A stretch of DNA of 63,978 bases, filler included, from Octopus bimaculoides (GCF_001194135.2; 5 parts of 5 records of this genome joined end to end with filler, not necessarily neighbours in it), one strand, 5' to 3'. Positions 25,880-39,004 are shown, counted from the whole stretch's first letter. The notes: a model not told the origin generated them from the letters alone. Program-made: numbers and translations.

Positions 25880-27130
25880 CTGAAGCTCTATTATGGAGTC
25901 ACCAATCGACATTATAGGATGGAATTTCCGAACGCTCCAATGTGGACTTGGTCAAATAGCGACGGATCATCCAGGTCATACATAGATAGAGTGTTAATTA
26001 GAAAAGTAGATAGAAATATAGCTAAGTGTCCACAGTTTTACCCAGTCAGCTACAGTGATCATAAAATGGTCACCTGTAGGCTTGACATAGATAAGCGATA
26101 AAATAGAGGCTCCAGCTACTGGAAACTTCATACGTCCCTTTTGGCGATTAAGGAGTACAGAGATGGGATTAGGTTGTTGATTCAGAGGGCATTAACCTGT
26201 ACCATTAGGTGGTCCATTTCGGTTACGATGATGATGATGATGTCATCCGCGTAAGCTGAAACCGATTTTCCACAACCTGGCTGTCTCGGAATGCCGCTCA
26301 ATGATGCCTCCTAACAGCGTCGTAGGACGTTGGACGGAGGGTCCAATTAAGTTGCTGGGAGTTTGGTTTGGACCAGACCTCCAAACAGAGAAGAACTGGG
26401 CCGAGGTATCGAGCAGGGTGACCCACATAGTAAAGACCTGGTCTTGGCGGTAGCTATCCCTGAAAGGGAAGGCGGAGGTAGCCAATGTGTTCATAGCATC
26501 GGTCATCACCTACCGCTTAACCGTCGTTCCTTGCCCTGATTCGTGGTTGATCAAACTGGAAAGACAGCTCTTCCGTTTTTTGTGGAAGTGCTCGAAACCG
26601 CTTGGGAGACGCTCTATTTGCTGCCAATAACCGTTAAAGGGTGAACTTGGCTGTTGATGCGCAGACATGCGCTGAGGTTGAAGCATCTTTGGCTCTACCT
26701 GGATGGTGAACGGGTGTGGTCTCCGCTGACGAAGCAGATGTTTCCCAAGTTCACTAGTTTCGGTGGATGGGAAACCTGGTTGAATCGAAGATCGAAGTTG
26801 GGTACATGGTATACGGAGTGTCGCAAGGCACTCCTGCTATTCCGTCGCTCGGAATTGCTACTGTGGTAGCAATTGCGAGACAGGTAATTTGGAGAACGAG
26901 GATGAAAGCTTCGTGTCCATGATATACAAACACATTTTTGGCGGAAAACCGGCAAAATTGTTTGCGGTTTGATAAAATTCTTAGCGACATTTTTTCCCAG
27001 TTCTTTATGCTCTGAGCTGAAATTCTGCTGAAGTTGATATTACCTTTCATCCTATCAGGATCGATAAAACGAGAATCAGTTGAGCACTGGTAGCGTTGTA
27101 ATCGTCTTGCCCCTTCCTTCAAAATTGTTG
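25880..27130 (+). mobile_element. L1/Tx1-clade LINE relic: APE endonuclease fragment, inverted RT core fragment, post-RT region
   Basis: + strand TWSNSDGSSRSYIDRVLI...YSDHKMV and YWKLHTSLL; - strand SAYADD at 26242-26253; + strand KLLGVWFGPDLQ..KNW..LSLKGKAEVANVFIASVITYRL. Confidence 0.85.
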
Positions 27131-27419
27131 GCCTTGAACTAAAATTAGAAAAAAATTATTTTCTTATTCGTTTGNNNNNNNNNNNNNNNNNNNNNNNNNN
27201 NNNNNNNNNNNNNNNNNNNNNNNNNNNNNNNNNNNNNNNNNNNNNNNNNNNNNNNNNNNNNNNNNNNNNNNNNNNNNNNNNNNNNNNNNNNNNNNNNNNN
27301 NNNNNNNNNNNNNNNNNNNNNNNNNNNNNNNNNNNNNNNNNNNNNNNNNNNNNNNNNNNNNNGGGGGGGGCAATGTATTTACTTACATCCACCATTTAAA
27401 GTGCTCGTCTTTTACAAAT

Positions 27420-27585
27420 AATAGGTTGGTGGATAGGTTCAAATCATGCAATGGTCAACTTTGCTTTTAATATTTCCAGGGTCGATAAAATAAAGTATCA
27501 CTTAAGTATTGAGGTGGATGGTATCAACTAACTCTCTTCTCTCAAATTGCTAGCCTCATTCCTATATAAGAATCAATACATTTGG
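27420..27585 (+). mobile_element. Degenerate SINE (family C body)
   Basis: GTCAACTTTGCTTTT..GGGTCGATAAA..AAGTA resembles the reverse complement of 63110-63311. Confidence 0.55.
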
Positions 27586-27992
27586 TAGTCTCTGGAGGAA
27601 ACGATGCCATTACATTAGTATCACCGTTACATTAAATCGTGCATGCAAAATCAAGGGATCGTATATTTATAACGAATTCTATAAATAGACAGGCTCTGAA
27701 TCTGTTCGTCGTATATTAACCATATCCTTCTCATTTTAAACGGTGTTTTATATAACCATACTTCAATTACATTTTCCATGGTAAATAAGATCATCTGAAC
27801 GAAGCGCTTACAGCGGAACTAGGTCCGTCAGAACAACTCGCCATGACGGCATTTAAGCAAAAAAAAAAAACAAACAAAACAAAAACAGTCGAATAGATAA
27901 GGTGCTGAACTTAGAATTTAGTCTACGAGTCCCTATCTGCTGTTTATTTTATTGTTTCTCCGAACAAAACCTGTCTAAATTCTGTCGAACCC

Positions 27993-28213
27993 TTAACCAT
28001 TCAGATTACTCTGTCAGATGCAAAGCTTATTTGTCGACATTGTTTTGAATTAATCATGAATTAATCTCGTAGCTTTGAAATTTTAATGATGTAGTCGTTT
28101 ATTTTCAGAATGACATTGTAGGGTAGGTGTGAGAAACCAGATCTGGCCAGTTTGAATATAAAAAATAAGAAAGTTTGGACTGGATTTGGCCAATTTAAAT
28201 GTTAAATGGTTGA
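27993..28213. mobile_element. MITE / non-autonomous DNA transposon of about 220 bp
   Basis: Ends TTAACCATT... and ...AATGGTTGA form imperfect terminal inverted repeats; non-coding interior. Confidence 0.6.
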
Positions 28214-28429
28214 CTCAGTTCACTTAATAGTGGGAAATTGCTTTCAGACCTAATCTAGAGTGGTCTGATGTCCTGCTTTCCCAGGATTTGTTTCGATTTT
28301 CAAACAATATTTTCAATGTTCCGAAAGAATGTTTTGGGAATGGTGATCAATGTTTTGCTTTTCAAATGATATATTAATTTCCAAAATAAATTTGCATTAA
28401 TACTTTCCAGTTTGTTTTTATTCCTTTAT

Positions 28430-28930
28430 TTCTTTTACTTATTTCAGTCATTAGACTACGACCATGCCAAGCACCGCTTTGCAGGGTTTCATCGAGCAAA
28501 TCCACCCCGCTACTTACTCTTTTACATGTTTCAGTCATTTGACTGTGGCCATGCTGGTTCACCGCCTTTTGTCGAGCAAATCGACCCCAGGACTTATTCT
28601 TTGTAAGCCTAGTACTTATTCTATCGGTCTCTTTTTGCCGAACCGTTAGCTTACCGGAACATAAACAGACCGACCCCGGTTGCAGAGCGGTGGCGAGACA
28701 AATACAAAGACATGCACGTACACACACACACACACACACACACACCTATATGTGTGTTGTATGTTTGCATGTGTGTGTGCTTGTGTACATATTTGTGTGT
28801 GTGCGTGTGTATGAGAGAGAGTGAGAGTGTGTGTGCGTGGAGTGTGTATACGACGTCCTTCCATACAGTTTCTGTCAACAAAATCCACTCACAAGGCATT
28901 GGTCAACCCGGGGCTTTCGTAGAAAACACT
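28430..28930 (-). mobile_element. Composite family B SINE: body, internal microsatellite, 3' half, duplicated LINE-derived tail
   Basis: Reverse complement reads CCTTGTGAGTGGATTTTGTTGACAGAAAC, then (TG)n, then GGTTCGGCAAA..GGGGTCGATTTGCTCGAC..GGCGGTGAACCAGCATGGCCACAGTCAAATGACTGAAAC; the tail is present twice. Confidence 0.8.
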
Positions 28931-29281
28931 GGCATCGGGTACTGCACACTGGGAATGAGCCTGTTGCGGTGATTCGAAACCAGAACCGTTATATAATCGG
29001 TCAGAATGACTAGAGCTTCACATGATCGGTCTGTTAAGCGATCATTCAGCGTGAGGTTGTTGCGTGACATGATTTCCTCGAACGGTGTAGAATTTGGCTT
29101 ACAGTGTCCTCTAAAAATCGCTTGGCGCTTAGCTTAGAGCGCAGACGATCAAGGGGAGGTGGCCAAGGGCCTCAGAGATTTGTGCAGTTGACTTCGTATA
29201 CTTTTGGGACGACTGCATGTTGTCACAGATATCTTTTTACATTTTCAGAACAGTTTCTCTCTCTCTCACTCACTCACTCAC

Positions 29282-29351
<70 letters not shown>

Positions 29352-29959
29352 AGTCACCAAACATTTATGTTGTTCATTATAAATAACCAACACCAATATC
29401 TTTATGTCCGGCAATAAATATTCAGTTATTATTCACACAGCCAACGATATCTATTTTCATTTACTAGGTCCACATTGCACCAACCAAGACCACATCACAA
29501 CAAACCCTAAACCAAATGGTTGATAGGCGAACTTGTTAACCATGTGTTTTAAATTTTATTAATTTATTTCTACTACTAATCTGACCAAGAAGACAGATTG
29601 GATGTTTTGACAATCAATATTATTTCGTCTTTCTCTAATTTCAAGCAGATTGTTTGAAATTCAATGACATCGTTAGCAAATGAAAAGAAAATATTGAAAA
29701 AAAAGTAAAAGCTTCAACAACGATTTCAATAATTAGACGCGTTTTTTACAAGTTTTTTATGTGTTTATTCTTTGTGATTTCAGCCATTTAAATTTTTGAT
29801 ATTTTTCCTTAATAAATGATTTAACATAGTACTCACACACACACACGCACGTTTATCATAGGTTCAGGTGTGAGAGGTGAAATATCAATTTATTTTTCCA
29901 GATGGCTTCCGTATGATTACAGCCGTTTCGTAACCTTCGTGTAGTATTAATTTCTCTAT

Positions 29960-30595
29960 ACAAAAAAGTATACGTATATGGTTGCAACAGTGCATGACTT
30001 TTGTTCCCTAGCCCACAGAACAATGTCAGGTCAGTTATATTTGCACCGAATTGATGTTTTTATTGGGGGTGTTCCACTAGTATTCTTGTTTTTAAACGTG
30101 TAAAAACTTGTTGGTTCTGTCATGTCTTTGATGTTTATGTTAGAGTAATCCTTCTTTCAGATAGCATTGTAAATAGTGTTTGCAACTGTATCATGCCTCA
30201 GGGAAGGTAGTATCTAATAGATTGGATTTAGAGAAGCTGCGTATTTCTGGGCTTTGTGCACATTTGTTGGTACTTTATCTAATGCGCCGATGACTATAGG
30301 CACAAATGAGAATCCATAATCAGGCTACAAGTGTTGTAAGTTCCGCATTAATTCTCTTTTTCCCGGACTATTGATTGCAGCTCACGTTCACAAAAGGGCC
30401 TGACTTTTGTTCCCTGTCCCACAGAACAATATTAGGTTTGTTATGTTTGCACCGAATTCATGTTTTTATTGGGGTATTTCACCTACACTCCTTGTTTTTA
30501 AAGGTGTGAATATCTGCTGGTTTTGACATGATATATACGTCAGAGTAGTCCTTCCTGCGAATAGCATTGTAAATAGTCTTTGTAACTATATCATA
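29960..30595 (-). mobile_element. Two tandem fragments of the RLE domain of an R2-group (R4/Dong- or NeSL-like) LINE
   Basis: Minus strand PIKT*IRCKHNKPNIVLWDREQKS, ELMRNLQHL*PDYGFSFVPIVIGAL, then again KTSIRCKYN*PDIVLWAREQKS. Confidence 0.75.
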
Positions 30596-31659
30596 GGGCA
30601 GTATGTATGTATTTATTTATGTATGTGTGTGTATGTATGTGTGTATGTATGTGTGTATATATGTGTGTATGTATGTATGTACTACACTCTGAGTCTCTGT
30701 GATTAGTGTCTAGTGACAAGCCGAAGATGACCAACCATCAGAAACTGCAGGTTTACATCAGTGTTCCTCTCTTAGAAGGATGTTGTGACAACAGCAAGGA
30801 GTCCTTAACTCCTGGTGGTTTTACTGCGCATCCCGACACTAACCAAGGATATTTCTGCGTCCTTGCGCTCAGATTCTTGCCACATACGTTAGTTATTCCA
30901 TAGCTGGGCCCCTACACCGGGTCAAAGTAAACTTGTCAACAATAGTGGAACTCGTGTACAAGCGTTTATCACTATAATCTAACAACATGCAGATGTCTTT
31001 TGCCTTTCCATCTACTGAAAGTCGTAGGCGATGGGAGAGTGGTGACGTGTGTAGTTGGTAGCAGACGGTAAGTTACAACTTTCACCTGTCACCTTTGTTT
31101 CAAATCATACAGGTGAGACTGTACAGTCCCGTTGCAGATATGCGACGGGCTTTTGTATAGTCATCTGAGAGGTCATGCATGGAAAGTCAGAAATGTCATT
31201 GACAACGATGAAGCACCAGGAGATAACAATCATTTCTCAAGATGGAGTAATCATCATGTATATATGTGATGTATGCAATGTATGTAATGTATATATGTAT
31301 GCAATGTATGTAATGTATATATGTATGCTATGTATGTATATAATGTATGTATGTATGTATGTACGTAAATGAAATCTCTTACTGTGCCGGCTGCAAATTT
31401 ATTTTTATTTATATTTTACATTGTTTAAAATTTATATTACTTGTTTTATTTTATTTTATATTTTACAAGCGGAATACATTTAATAATCTCATATACACTT
31501 ATTTATATTCCATATANNNNNNNNNNNNNNNNNNNNNNNNNNNNNNNNNNNNNNNNNNNNNNNNNNNNNNNNNNNNNNNNNNNNNNNNNNNNNNNNNNNN
31601 NNNNNNNNNNNNNNNNNNNNNNNNNNNNNNNNNNNNNNNNNNNNNNNNNNNNNNNTATA

Positions 31660-31960
31660 TATATAATATGTCCAGGACCAGCTCCAGAGTATTCAGTGTC
31701 TCTGGCAAGCACTTTCTTTCAACCCCACAATGTACATCTCTTTCTCCCACCCTACAATATACGCCTCCTTTCCCTTGTACTAGGTATAGTGACTTACAAC
31801 TAGTTTCTAATACTTTTGTCTCACTAGGAAAATCACGTTGGCAGTCTCTCTTCTGACACAAAGCCAACCTGCATTTCACCCTGGCCAATCCCGCTAATCC
31901 AATCCTATATTTTACATCTCCTTTTCCAAGTCTAACAATAAAAGCCTCCTGCTTCATTTT
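31660..31960 (-). mobile_element. RTE-like LINE fragment (post-RT region)
   Basis: ARVKCRLA.. followed by a decayed GLSL..KG.LY..CV motif in shifted frames. Confidence 0.45.
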
Positions 31961-32704
31961 TTTCTATAACACCCTCCCATCGCCATTCGCGTTACAACAG
32001 CTGGAAAATGCAGTCGAAAAATTAGTTGACTCGCAAACATGTAATCTAGCTTTTCGATCATACACGTTAGTAAGTAAATCTGTTTCTAAGCAAAATTGGA
32101 AATGTTTCACGCTGTCATGCGACAGGTCATAGCATGACACTAGCCATCATACCCACTTCCCTACATACCTATGTCCCCCATCCTTTTTCTTTTGTCTAGG
32201 AAGCGATCTCATCTGGTCTGTTTACTAGGTTTACGTGTTTTAAATTAGATTCAGCCATTTTGTGTAAGTTATTTGTGATGTTCTTCCGGCTTTGGCACAG
32301 TAGATAATCGCCTAATTTGCATAGTGCGTAACGCCGGTCCTGAATATATTACACATTATATAAAACTCAGACCCAAGTCATGAGTCCAAGGTCTCATAAG
32401 GCCGGAGCTTAGGTCAGTTTCTATGGCGTATAAATGATTGAAATTACAACACTCTCCTGTATGGGAGCTTGTAACTTTAAACCAACCAGAGAACAGGCTA
32501 ATTGTCACGTGACTAACTTATTGACGAAACATACCCACCGTGTGATTTAGTATAATGTCTTCTCTCTTTGGGTTAACTTTGGGCTAAACGACAACATATA
32601 TNNNNNNNNNNNNNNNNNNNNNNNNNNNNNNNNNNNNNNNNNNNNNNNNNNNNNNNNNNNNNNNNNNNNNNNNNNNNNNNNNNNNNNNNNNNNNNNNNNN
32701 NNNN

Positions 32705-32737
<33 letters not shown>

Positions 32738-33529
32738 CAGTGAAGTTTTTCTATTTGTAGCCTTAAGAGCTACAACTGTTATATCTCTGAAGACTACTAC
32801 TTTTCAGATATTGCTGGAACTCATTTACAACTGAATGGACTGTAGTAAAGTGAAATAAGTGGTTTTGTTCAATAACCTAACGCACTGTTCGTCCGGGAAC
32901 CGAAATTACAATCTTGCAATCGTGACCAATACTCTAACTACAAGGCGATGCGCCTTCACACATAAAATAAAATCACAATTTATTTTATATTACATATTAT
33001 TAACTATAGCATCGTTGCTTATTGATTTCTACGGGTCAATCGCTTGATCACTGTAGTTACAACAGCGACATTAACAAAAAAGCATTAGTACAACTCGGAA
33101 GGAATAATACAAGGTATTTTTTCGATGCACCGATTTATCGGTTGTCTTGTCGATCTTCATTTCTTTCATTGGCACACACATACATATACACATACGATGG
33201 ACTTCCGCGCAGTTTCCGTCTATCAAATTTCACTCACAGGCAAAAACAGATTTTTGCACAGAGTGCTGAGCAGTAGGATCAAACCCTCAATCACTGGATT
33301 GCAAAACGAGCTTATTAACTACACGTCCATGCCTGCATCTATGTATGCAATATTTAGGAATTTAGCATATATAACACCAATGTATTGTATATAATATATA
33401 TATAATACAAAACCAGATTAAAATACCAATCCAAACCGAACAAAAAACAAACATGAGTAAAGGAAGAAAACTAAAGAAAAAAACATCAATTCAACACCAA
33501 GCACCTCAGTTGGATGCTCACCACAAGGT

Positions 33530-35130
33530 TCAACCGAAGCAAGCCAGTACACTTGTTGCATTGCCACAGGCGATGGATCAGCAAGCACCCTCACAGTTGT
33601 CACCGGACACCATGGTCAGGCGAGCCGCCAACGATGACAAAAACTTCGCTGTTAGCGGCCCAACTCCTCCAAATGTCTCAAACGCCACTGGTTGGAAGAA
33701 GTGGTTTACTGCCAAGTCCCGATACTTAAGAACTTTGTTTCATTCGGCAACAGAAGTAGTGACCCTTCTATTTACCGCGGCATCCAGGATGTGGGAGGGA
33801 GCAAAGGAGTCACAAACTGTGACACTCCAGATGAGGTACTACTTCTTGCCCGGGGATAGAAGGTAAGACCATGTGATCTCTTCCCATCATTTCTGGATAA
33901 TCCCACCGGCTCCAGAACGGAGGGGTATATCAACCCGAGCTAGGGCTCGCTTAATGATTAAGTTTAACTCGGCAGGACAAACCATGAAAGCCAGCGACCT
34001 CTCAGTCTCCCACAGACATCGGCTCTCACTCTCAGAGTAATGGTGATGCGGCTCTCACCCAGACTGACAAACCCCCCCATTTTGGCCATGAGTAAGGCAT
34101 GAATCCAGACCAATGAGAATTTCGCACTTTCAAAAAGTAGGCGACACCTTGAAAATTGATTAGATTGATCAAAGAGAGAGTTGAAAGTAGCACCTGAGCG
34201 AAGATTGTCTCATATTCTCTGCTTCCGTCTATCTTCAGTTGTCAGGAATTGACAAACTCAGCTCTCTCCACGGTGGGACAGGGTTTCCTACCAAAGGGAA
34301 GCAGGTATGGATGGAAGATAGAAAACAGAGAAGAGATAGTGATGAGCACTTACGTAAACCTAGACTCCCAAACCGTTTGGGCAAAGCAGCCTGGTCGCGG
34401 GGCACTGGGGAGAGTTTGATATTGACCAAGCATTTGAAGTTCCTGAAGATTAAGTCGTCAAAGCATTGAAGAGACGATGAGAAGGATTAACTCTGAAAAA
34501 AAAAATACAATAGCTTAGGAATCGACAAGTAATTCCTAAGTATAAAAAACCTTGGTGGGGCTCAATTGTCTCAATAGTTACTCAAGGCTAGCAATCTTAG
34601 ATCGAAAGACGAACTCGAAAATTCAGTCAATAATTTGGGGATCCAAGAGAGCACCAAGTTGATGATGGAGGGACCGTGATAGCGGGGAAGGAATCTGTAA
34701 ATAGGTTTGCAGTTTGCTAATGTGAAGTTGGATGGTTGAGGTGCCAGAGCTCGCATTTGGAACTGTTAATTCTAAGGCCCCTACGACAAAATTCCTCAAT
34801 CAGTTGCAAGGACCTTATCAAGAACCCCCTCCCCAAACAAGCATCATCAAGATACCAATCATTCAATCCTAGTCAGCTCCCAGGATTTGAACGTCATCAA
34901 TACCCAGTGCAAATAGAGTAGATCCGAGCGGTTGGACTCCAGAGATAGATGGGATGAGGTGGTCACCAAAGGAGATGTAGGAGGGCTCTCGATAAGCTTG
35001 CCAAGTAAAGTGATAGAGCTGTGGGGCATTCCCCCCTTACGGCATGGAGGATGACACTCGATTGATGGAATGGAAAGCCTTCTTAATATCTAGTTTGAGG
35101 ATGATCATATAGAAAGACAAAATGGAATAA
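33530..35130 (-). mobile_element. CRE-clade non-LTR retrotransposon relic (RT + restriction-like endonuclease)
   Basis: Minus strand LKLDIKKAF (about 35099-35073), WYLDD (34857-34843), QAALPKRFGSLGLR, and RLE IIKRAL..SVLEPVGLSRNDGKRSHGLT..W.VTVCDSFA..KY..FQPVAFETFG; frameshifts and stops. Confidence 0.85.
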
Positions 35131-35469
35131 ACAAGACAGGATGAGACCTGTTGAATGGAGAGTCACTGAAGAGATTACAGGACGTGTGACGAAAGATTTC
35201 TAGGCAAAGGACAAAAAAATAAGAACAATAGTAAATCTGAACTGAGGAACGAATATATAGTACGTGTGTTTATTTGGCCAAAAAAAAAAATTACCATCCC
35301 TAACACACACACGCACACACATATGAGTGAGTGGAGAAATGAAAGAAAAGGGTACTCGACATATGTAGTAGGAGTTCCATGTATTATTTAAAACAGTTTG
35401 ATTCGGTTTCCGTGCTACTTTCGCAGACCCTTAACAGGAGCCCGTCTCCTTCAGCCTTCTGGAATATGT

Positions 35470-35631
35470 ATGTATAATCTTTTACTTCTTTTAGTCGAAG
35501 AAATCGACCCCAGGACTATTCTTCATTCTCGTTTGCCGAACCGCTATGTTACGGGGAGATAAACACACCAACATCAGTTGTCAAGCGATGGTGGGGGGGG
35601 GCAAACACAAACAGACAAATACACGCGCGCG

Positions 35632-35701
<70 letters not shown>

Positions 35702-35852
35702 TACATGATGGGCTTCTTTCAGTTTCCGTCTACCAAATCTACTCGCAAGGCTTTGGTCGGTCCGAGGCTAAAGTAGAAGACACTTGCCCAAGGTGCCATG
35801 CAGTAGAACTGAACCCAAAACCATGTGGTTGGGAAACAGGCTTCTTACCACA
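35470..35852 (-). mobile_element. Composite family B SINE with internal (CA)n
   Basis: Head and body at 35852-35700, (TG)n, then 3' half GCTTGACAAC.GATGTTGGTGTGTTTA..GCGGTTCGGCAAA..GGGGTCGATT. Confidence 0.85.
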
Positions 35853-36042
35853 CAGCTATGTCTGGATTTTTTTTAGGTTCGGTTATGATAAAAACAATTT
35901 TACATTAATCACTAAATATACATACCTAAATATACACACTTGCTAACAAATTCCTATGTATATGAATAAATTCTAAACAACAACATAACCCCAAATTTAA
36001 TCAATATAGAATTTCTCCAAAACACCTTTCCATAACAACTCA

Positions 36043-36160
36043 CCCGAGAATCTAAATCCCCTTGAATCTAAATCCCCTTGAATCTAAATACCCTTGAATC
36101 TAAATACCCGAGAATCTAAATACCCGAGAATCTAAATACCCGAGAATCTAAATCCCCTTG
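36043..36160. repeat. 16-bp minisatellite GAATCTAAAT(C/A)CCC(TT/GA) x7
   Basis: Seven consecutive units from 36048. Confidence 0.95.
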
Positions 36161-36329
36161 CACTCAAACTCACACACTCAAGGAAGACTTTTAACTCAAT
36201 ACAGACTATATAAATCCAAAATTAACTTCAATGTACTGCAGTCCGACAATGGCTTAACTGGTTGAAACTTCGAAGTCACTGTCAATAAAATTATTGTGAG
36301 ATAGATAGATAGATAGATAGATAGATAGG

Positions 36330-37600
36330 CATTCGTCCCTGCAGCCAGGGGATTTGTGTCAGCGGTGCCACATCTGCTGTGGCTGCATAGGCCCACAGCA
36401 GATGTGCATTTGAAGAAGCTCTCTCCGCCAGCGCTACTGACTTTTCCTTTCTTCGAGTGTTCTTCTCTTCTGTGACAAGTTCCAGTTACTCTTCTTGTTC
36501 CATCTCTTGGTGTAGTATTAGTCTCCAGCGTGGGCGATCATTTGCAACCTCCTCTCATCTCAGGACTTCCGGATCTATGCACTTCATATCCCTCTTGCAG
36601 ACATCCTTGAAACGAAGATGTGGTTGTCCTTGTGTTCGTGTGCCGGTGGTCAGTTCCCCATACAGGAGGTCGTTTGGGATCCTCCCGTCCGACATGCGAT
36701 GTACATGACCGAACCAACGCAGACCGTGTTGCTGGGGTAGACAGAATTTGCTGGGTACCTTGGTATGGTTGAGGATTTCACTGTTGGTGATTCGGTCGGT
36801 CCACTTGATATCCAAGATCTATCTCAGACTACGAAAGTCGAAGACGTTGAGGCGCCGAGGACGCACCCATTATAGACAACAATCTTGATGTTTGTGGCTA
36901 GTTTTATGTTCTCCCAAACTCTCTTTGTAAGCCTGGCAACGTGGAGATGCTCATCCAACTCACTTGACAATCTCAGAATCTAAGGAGAGGTTATCAGTGA
37001 TAGTAGAGCCAAGGTAGATGAATTCAATGAATACCTCCAGCTCGTAGTTATTGGTGATGAGGAGAGAGGTGTACTTGACACCTTGACCCAGTATGGTGGT
37101 TTTCTTCAGACTGATAGTCAGGCTGAATTCCTGAGAGTTTGTCCTCGAGATGCTGCATTTACTCCTCAGAGTGTGCTGTCAATGTTGCTTTGTCCGCAAG
37201 CAGCATTTCTCTGATGAGTACCTGACGAACACTAGATTTCGCTTTCAGCCTCCTCGACTAACGAAACAGTTTTCCGTCTCATCTGGTCTGGAAGTAGGCA
37301 CCATCAGTTGCTGTTCCAAATGCGTATTTCAGTATGATTGCAAAGAAGATACCAAACGAAGTGAGTGGGGAAAGCATACCACCCTGCTTCACATTGCTGC
37401 ATATGTTGAAAGCCCCTGAAGAAGACCCATCAAACTGAACGAGACCTTTCATATCTGCATGAAACAATTGGACAATCCTGAGAAGTAGTGGAGGACATCC
37501 AATCTTGGCAAGGATTTTGAACAGGCTGTCTCTACTATGGGAGCCAGGCTGCTTCCATTAGACATTCTGTCTCTTGGTCTCTAGATCATAACACTATTTT
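36330..37600 (-). mobile_element. RTE (BovB-like) LINE, 5'-truncated and degenerate, ending at a (TATC)n tract
   Basis: VQFDGSSSGAFNICSNVKQGGMLSP..FGIFF; IKWTDRITNSEIL..LRWFGHVHRMSDGRIPNDLLYGEL..R..GQPHLRFKDVCKRDMK. Confidence 0.9.
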
Positions 37601-37609
37601 GTCACAAGT

Positions 37610-38065
37610 CACCAGAGATTACTCTTGGATAGGAGCCAATGAGTTCAACCATCTCCCTGCTGTCACCAATGTGTCTTTCTTTCTATTCATCACTAAGCAC
37701 CTTAAGAACAAACTTTCCACAAATTTTGCAGATCTTGATGAATAATTCTGTGTACAGTTACCAACTCCAAACTGTATGTTTATTATCTTTATAGACACAT
37801 GGCAGTCTTCATCCAGAAAATTGTGAATTTTCTCAACCAGCACTGATGTTCTGACACCCCCACCCCTTCCCACACCTCTTATTGTCCCTTACTCCTGTCC
37901 TTGATCCTCTCGTGTCTCTGAAAAATAGGCTCAGATCATGCACGTTCATCCATAAGCCTTCTGCAGCATTTCGTAAGTTTCTGAAATGTTATTGCCTAGT
38001 TTAATGCAGGACTTCCAAATTGTATCACAGTAATCTAGGACAGTTATATCTGCGTCTTCTTGAAA
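37610..38065 (-). mobile_element. Mariner transposase N-terminal (HTH) fragment
   Basis: VRTSVLVEKIHNFLDEDCHVSIKII..QFGV followed by a decayed AKFVPRVL..EQK motif in a shifted frame. Confidence 0.6.
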
Positions 38066-39004
38066 ATGTCTCAAAACTTCTGGAAAGCATACATATGCAC
38101 ACATACACACAAGTGCGTGCACACTGACACATATTCATGCATACATGTGTGTGTGTGTGTGCGTGCGCATACATGTGCATATACACACATACATTGAAAC
38201 ACATGCATCTCTCTTTCTCTCTCTCTCTCTATATATATATACACACACACACACACACATATACACATGCACATATTCATATATACCTACACCTGCATTA
38301 AAAAAAAGAAAGAAAACGCTCACACACACACACAATGACTACCTTACCTTTAACTTTTTAAACCCTACTTTTAATCTGAAAACAATTCCTCTCCACTCTC
38401 ACAACTGAAAGAGACAGCAGCAAAGTGAAGACGGGTTTATTTATTAGCTTCTGTTGTAATCCAGGCTGCTGCACCTGTGTGTTTGTTAGTATTCTTTCTC
38501 CCTCCAGTAGTTCACCATTTCTTAACATACTACCATAGCAGCAACGCATTCTCGTTTGAAACATCCCCCACCCCACCCGCCAACCTCAACTCAACAAAAA
38601 TTGCCTCACACTCTTACTCAAACTTCTGCAACACTTTCTCTTTCTCCTACCCGCTTTCTCTCTCTCTCTCTCTCTCTCACCTATACTGTCTGTCTGTCTG
38701 CCTATCTGTCTCTCCCTCTTATTTACTTATTTATCTCTCAAATGTTTTTCATGTTTTTCCTCTTCGTGTTTTAACTATTTCAGTTTTTACTATTTTCTTT
38801 TTGCGTACACACACACACACACACACACACACGCAGACATACACACATGCATACATACATACGCCTACAGATTCACTCCTACATGCACACACATTTACAT
38901 TTGTTCACACAAATACATACATTCAGACACAAACACACATAAATACATACATACATGCACACACGTAAATTCAAACACAAACACACTTAAACATTTATTC
39001 CACT

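Noticed and set aside
31020-31073. GACG|gtaagt donor at about 31067 with upstream acceptors
   Set aside because: The frame compatible with model B contains a stop; no other support
33453-33866. 137-aa + strand ORF MSKGRKLKKK...
   Set aside because: It is the antisense shadow of the CRE endonuclease region
37205-37245. CTGATGA / CTGACGA words
   Set aside because: They lie inside the RTE coding region on the opposite strand and have no ribozyme stems
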